Assembly (NCBI RefSeq): GCF_006345805.1
Contig: NC_043016.1
Span: forward strand, 7,874,001-7,938,000
Length of the DNA: 64,000 nt
Source of the DNA: Octopus sinensis
Lineage: Eukaryota
Direction of reading: 5' to 3'
The notes under the pieces: model-generated
What the model was told of the DNA's origin: nothing
What the model saw: the letters and a program-made list of their open reading frames with translations, nothing else
Databases searched by the model: none
Part shown: positions 62,728 to 64,000 of the stretch, piece by piece
Position numbering within the stretch: the first letter of the stretch is position 1
How the letters are laid out: every line of letters begins with the position of its first letter
Translations under genes and position numbers: made by a program

Positions 62728-63004
62728 TACTCCATTTTCTTTTCTTCTTTTAACTGGATATAAACTATATGCTTTATAGATACTTATTGTTTTACAACGA
62801 CCCTCACCTCCCCTCCCACCCTAGTAGAGGTAAAATCCTTAACAACTCTAATGTGTCTGAATGACGGTAGGTTAAAAGCAAGAACAACTATTTTGACACC
62901 TGTTACCAGATATTCACGGGATCCTTCTTTTCAGGTGCTGAATAGCATCTCTCCTTCCTGTGTTACCTCACATATCTCTTTCGCATTGTTCAGAGTTGGC
63001 ACTC

Positions 63005-64000
63005 TAAATACCTTGGTAGAGAATGCAATTAAGAGTATGAAGACAGGGAAAGCCCATCAGAAATCACTGCAGAGTTGCTCAAAATATCTGGCAGTATCGG
63101 CTATAGTCTAGTCACCCGTATAGTTAACCAGGTGATACACGAAGGAGTCATACTCAATGACTGGTGTAGCAGCACTATAGTCAACTGCTACAAACGAAAA
63201 AGTGACGTTTTAGATACAAAAATTACAGAGGTATCAAGTTGTTAGATCAGGTAATGAAGGTCACGGAGAGGGTCATAGCCCAACTGATTAGGGAGAGAGT
63301 CAGTTTAGATGAGATGCAGTTTGGGTTCGTGCCAGGGAAACGCACCACTGATGCAATATTTCTGATAAGACAGCTGCAGGAGAAATACCCTGGCCAAAGA
63401 TAAATCTCTGTACCTGGCTTTTTTTGACATGGAGATAGACTTTGACAGGGTGCCCCGATCCATTATCTGGTGGTCAATGAGGAAACTAGGAATAGATGAA
63501 TGGTTAGTGAGAGCTGTGCAAGCCATATACAGGGACGCTGTCAGTAATGTGAGGGTTGGCAACGAGTACAGTGAAGAATTCCAGGTGGAGGTAGGGGTCC
63601 ACCAAGGTTCAGTCCTTAACCCCCTCCTTTTTATCATAGTCCTCCAGGCAATAACAAAGGAATTCAAGACAGGATGCCTCTGGGAGCTCCTCTATGCTGA
63701 TGACCTTGCCCTATGCTGAGTTACTGTACTATAGGAATTAAGGAGAGTTTCAGGTGTGGAAACAAGGATTAGAATCGAAGGGCCTTAGAGTCAACCTAGC
63801 TAAAACCAAAGTCCTAATAAGTAGAAGGCAGGCAAACCACAAATCCTTCAGGTAGATGACCCTGCTCAATCTGTAGAAAAGGTTGTAGGTAGAAACTCTA
63901 TAAGATGTACCCAGTGGTAAGCTATGGACACATAAGAGGGCAGCAATGTCAAAGGAAGGCTAACTGGGAAGATAGTTTTTGTATGTGGCAGATGCTCAGG
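63005..64000 (+). pseudogene. RTE-clade LINE reverse transcriptase, frameshifted, runs off the window
   Basis: NYRGIKLL, QFGFVPG..TTDAIF, DFDRVPR, GVHQGSVLNPLLF, YADDL. Confidence 0.92.

Overview
AT-rich eukaryotic DNA saturated with microsatellites and transposable elements, most likely cephalopod/Octopus (inferred from repeat types recalled from memory, not from a search). No intact host gene is supported; nearly all ORF-track entries are microsatellite noise or TE remnants. Coding remnants: an R4/Dong-like LINE 3' end, RTE and CR1 LINE fragments, two related Penelope-like elements (RT + GIY-YIG), two Tc1 elements (one with an apparent spliceosomal intron), a maT DD37D element, two mariners, a decayed Gypsy element, a Gypsy-type solo LTR carrying paired NRF1/ETS motifs, a non-autonomous Helitron, MITEs and many tRNA-derived SINEs. 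Main finding: about 15 minimal type I hammerhead-ribozyme-like motifs, folded by eye, in at least 10 different short elements. Most have a palindromic minimal stem III, most lie 50-150 nt before an (AT)n tract, and three versions of the 3-8 tertiary pair occur (C3-G8, U3-A8, G3-C8). This suggests a diverse Penelope/retrozyme-like family that targets AT microsatellites. Other recurring patterns are fold-back inversions anchored on microsatellites and a ~560 bp non-coding element found twice between (TAA)n arrays. Coordinates were counted by hand and are approximate for element boundaries. No ribozyme activity is shown by sequence alone.
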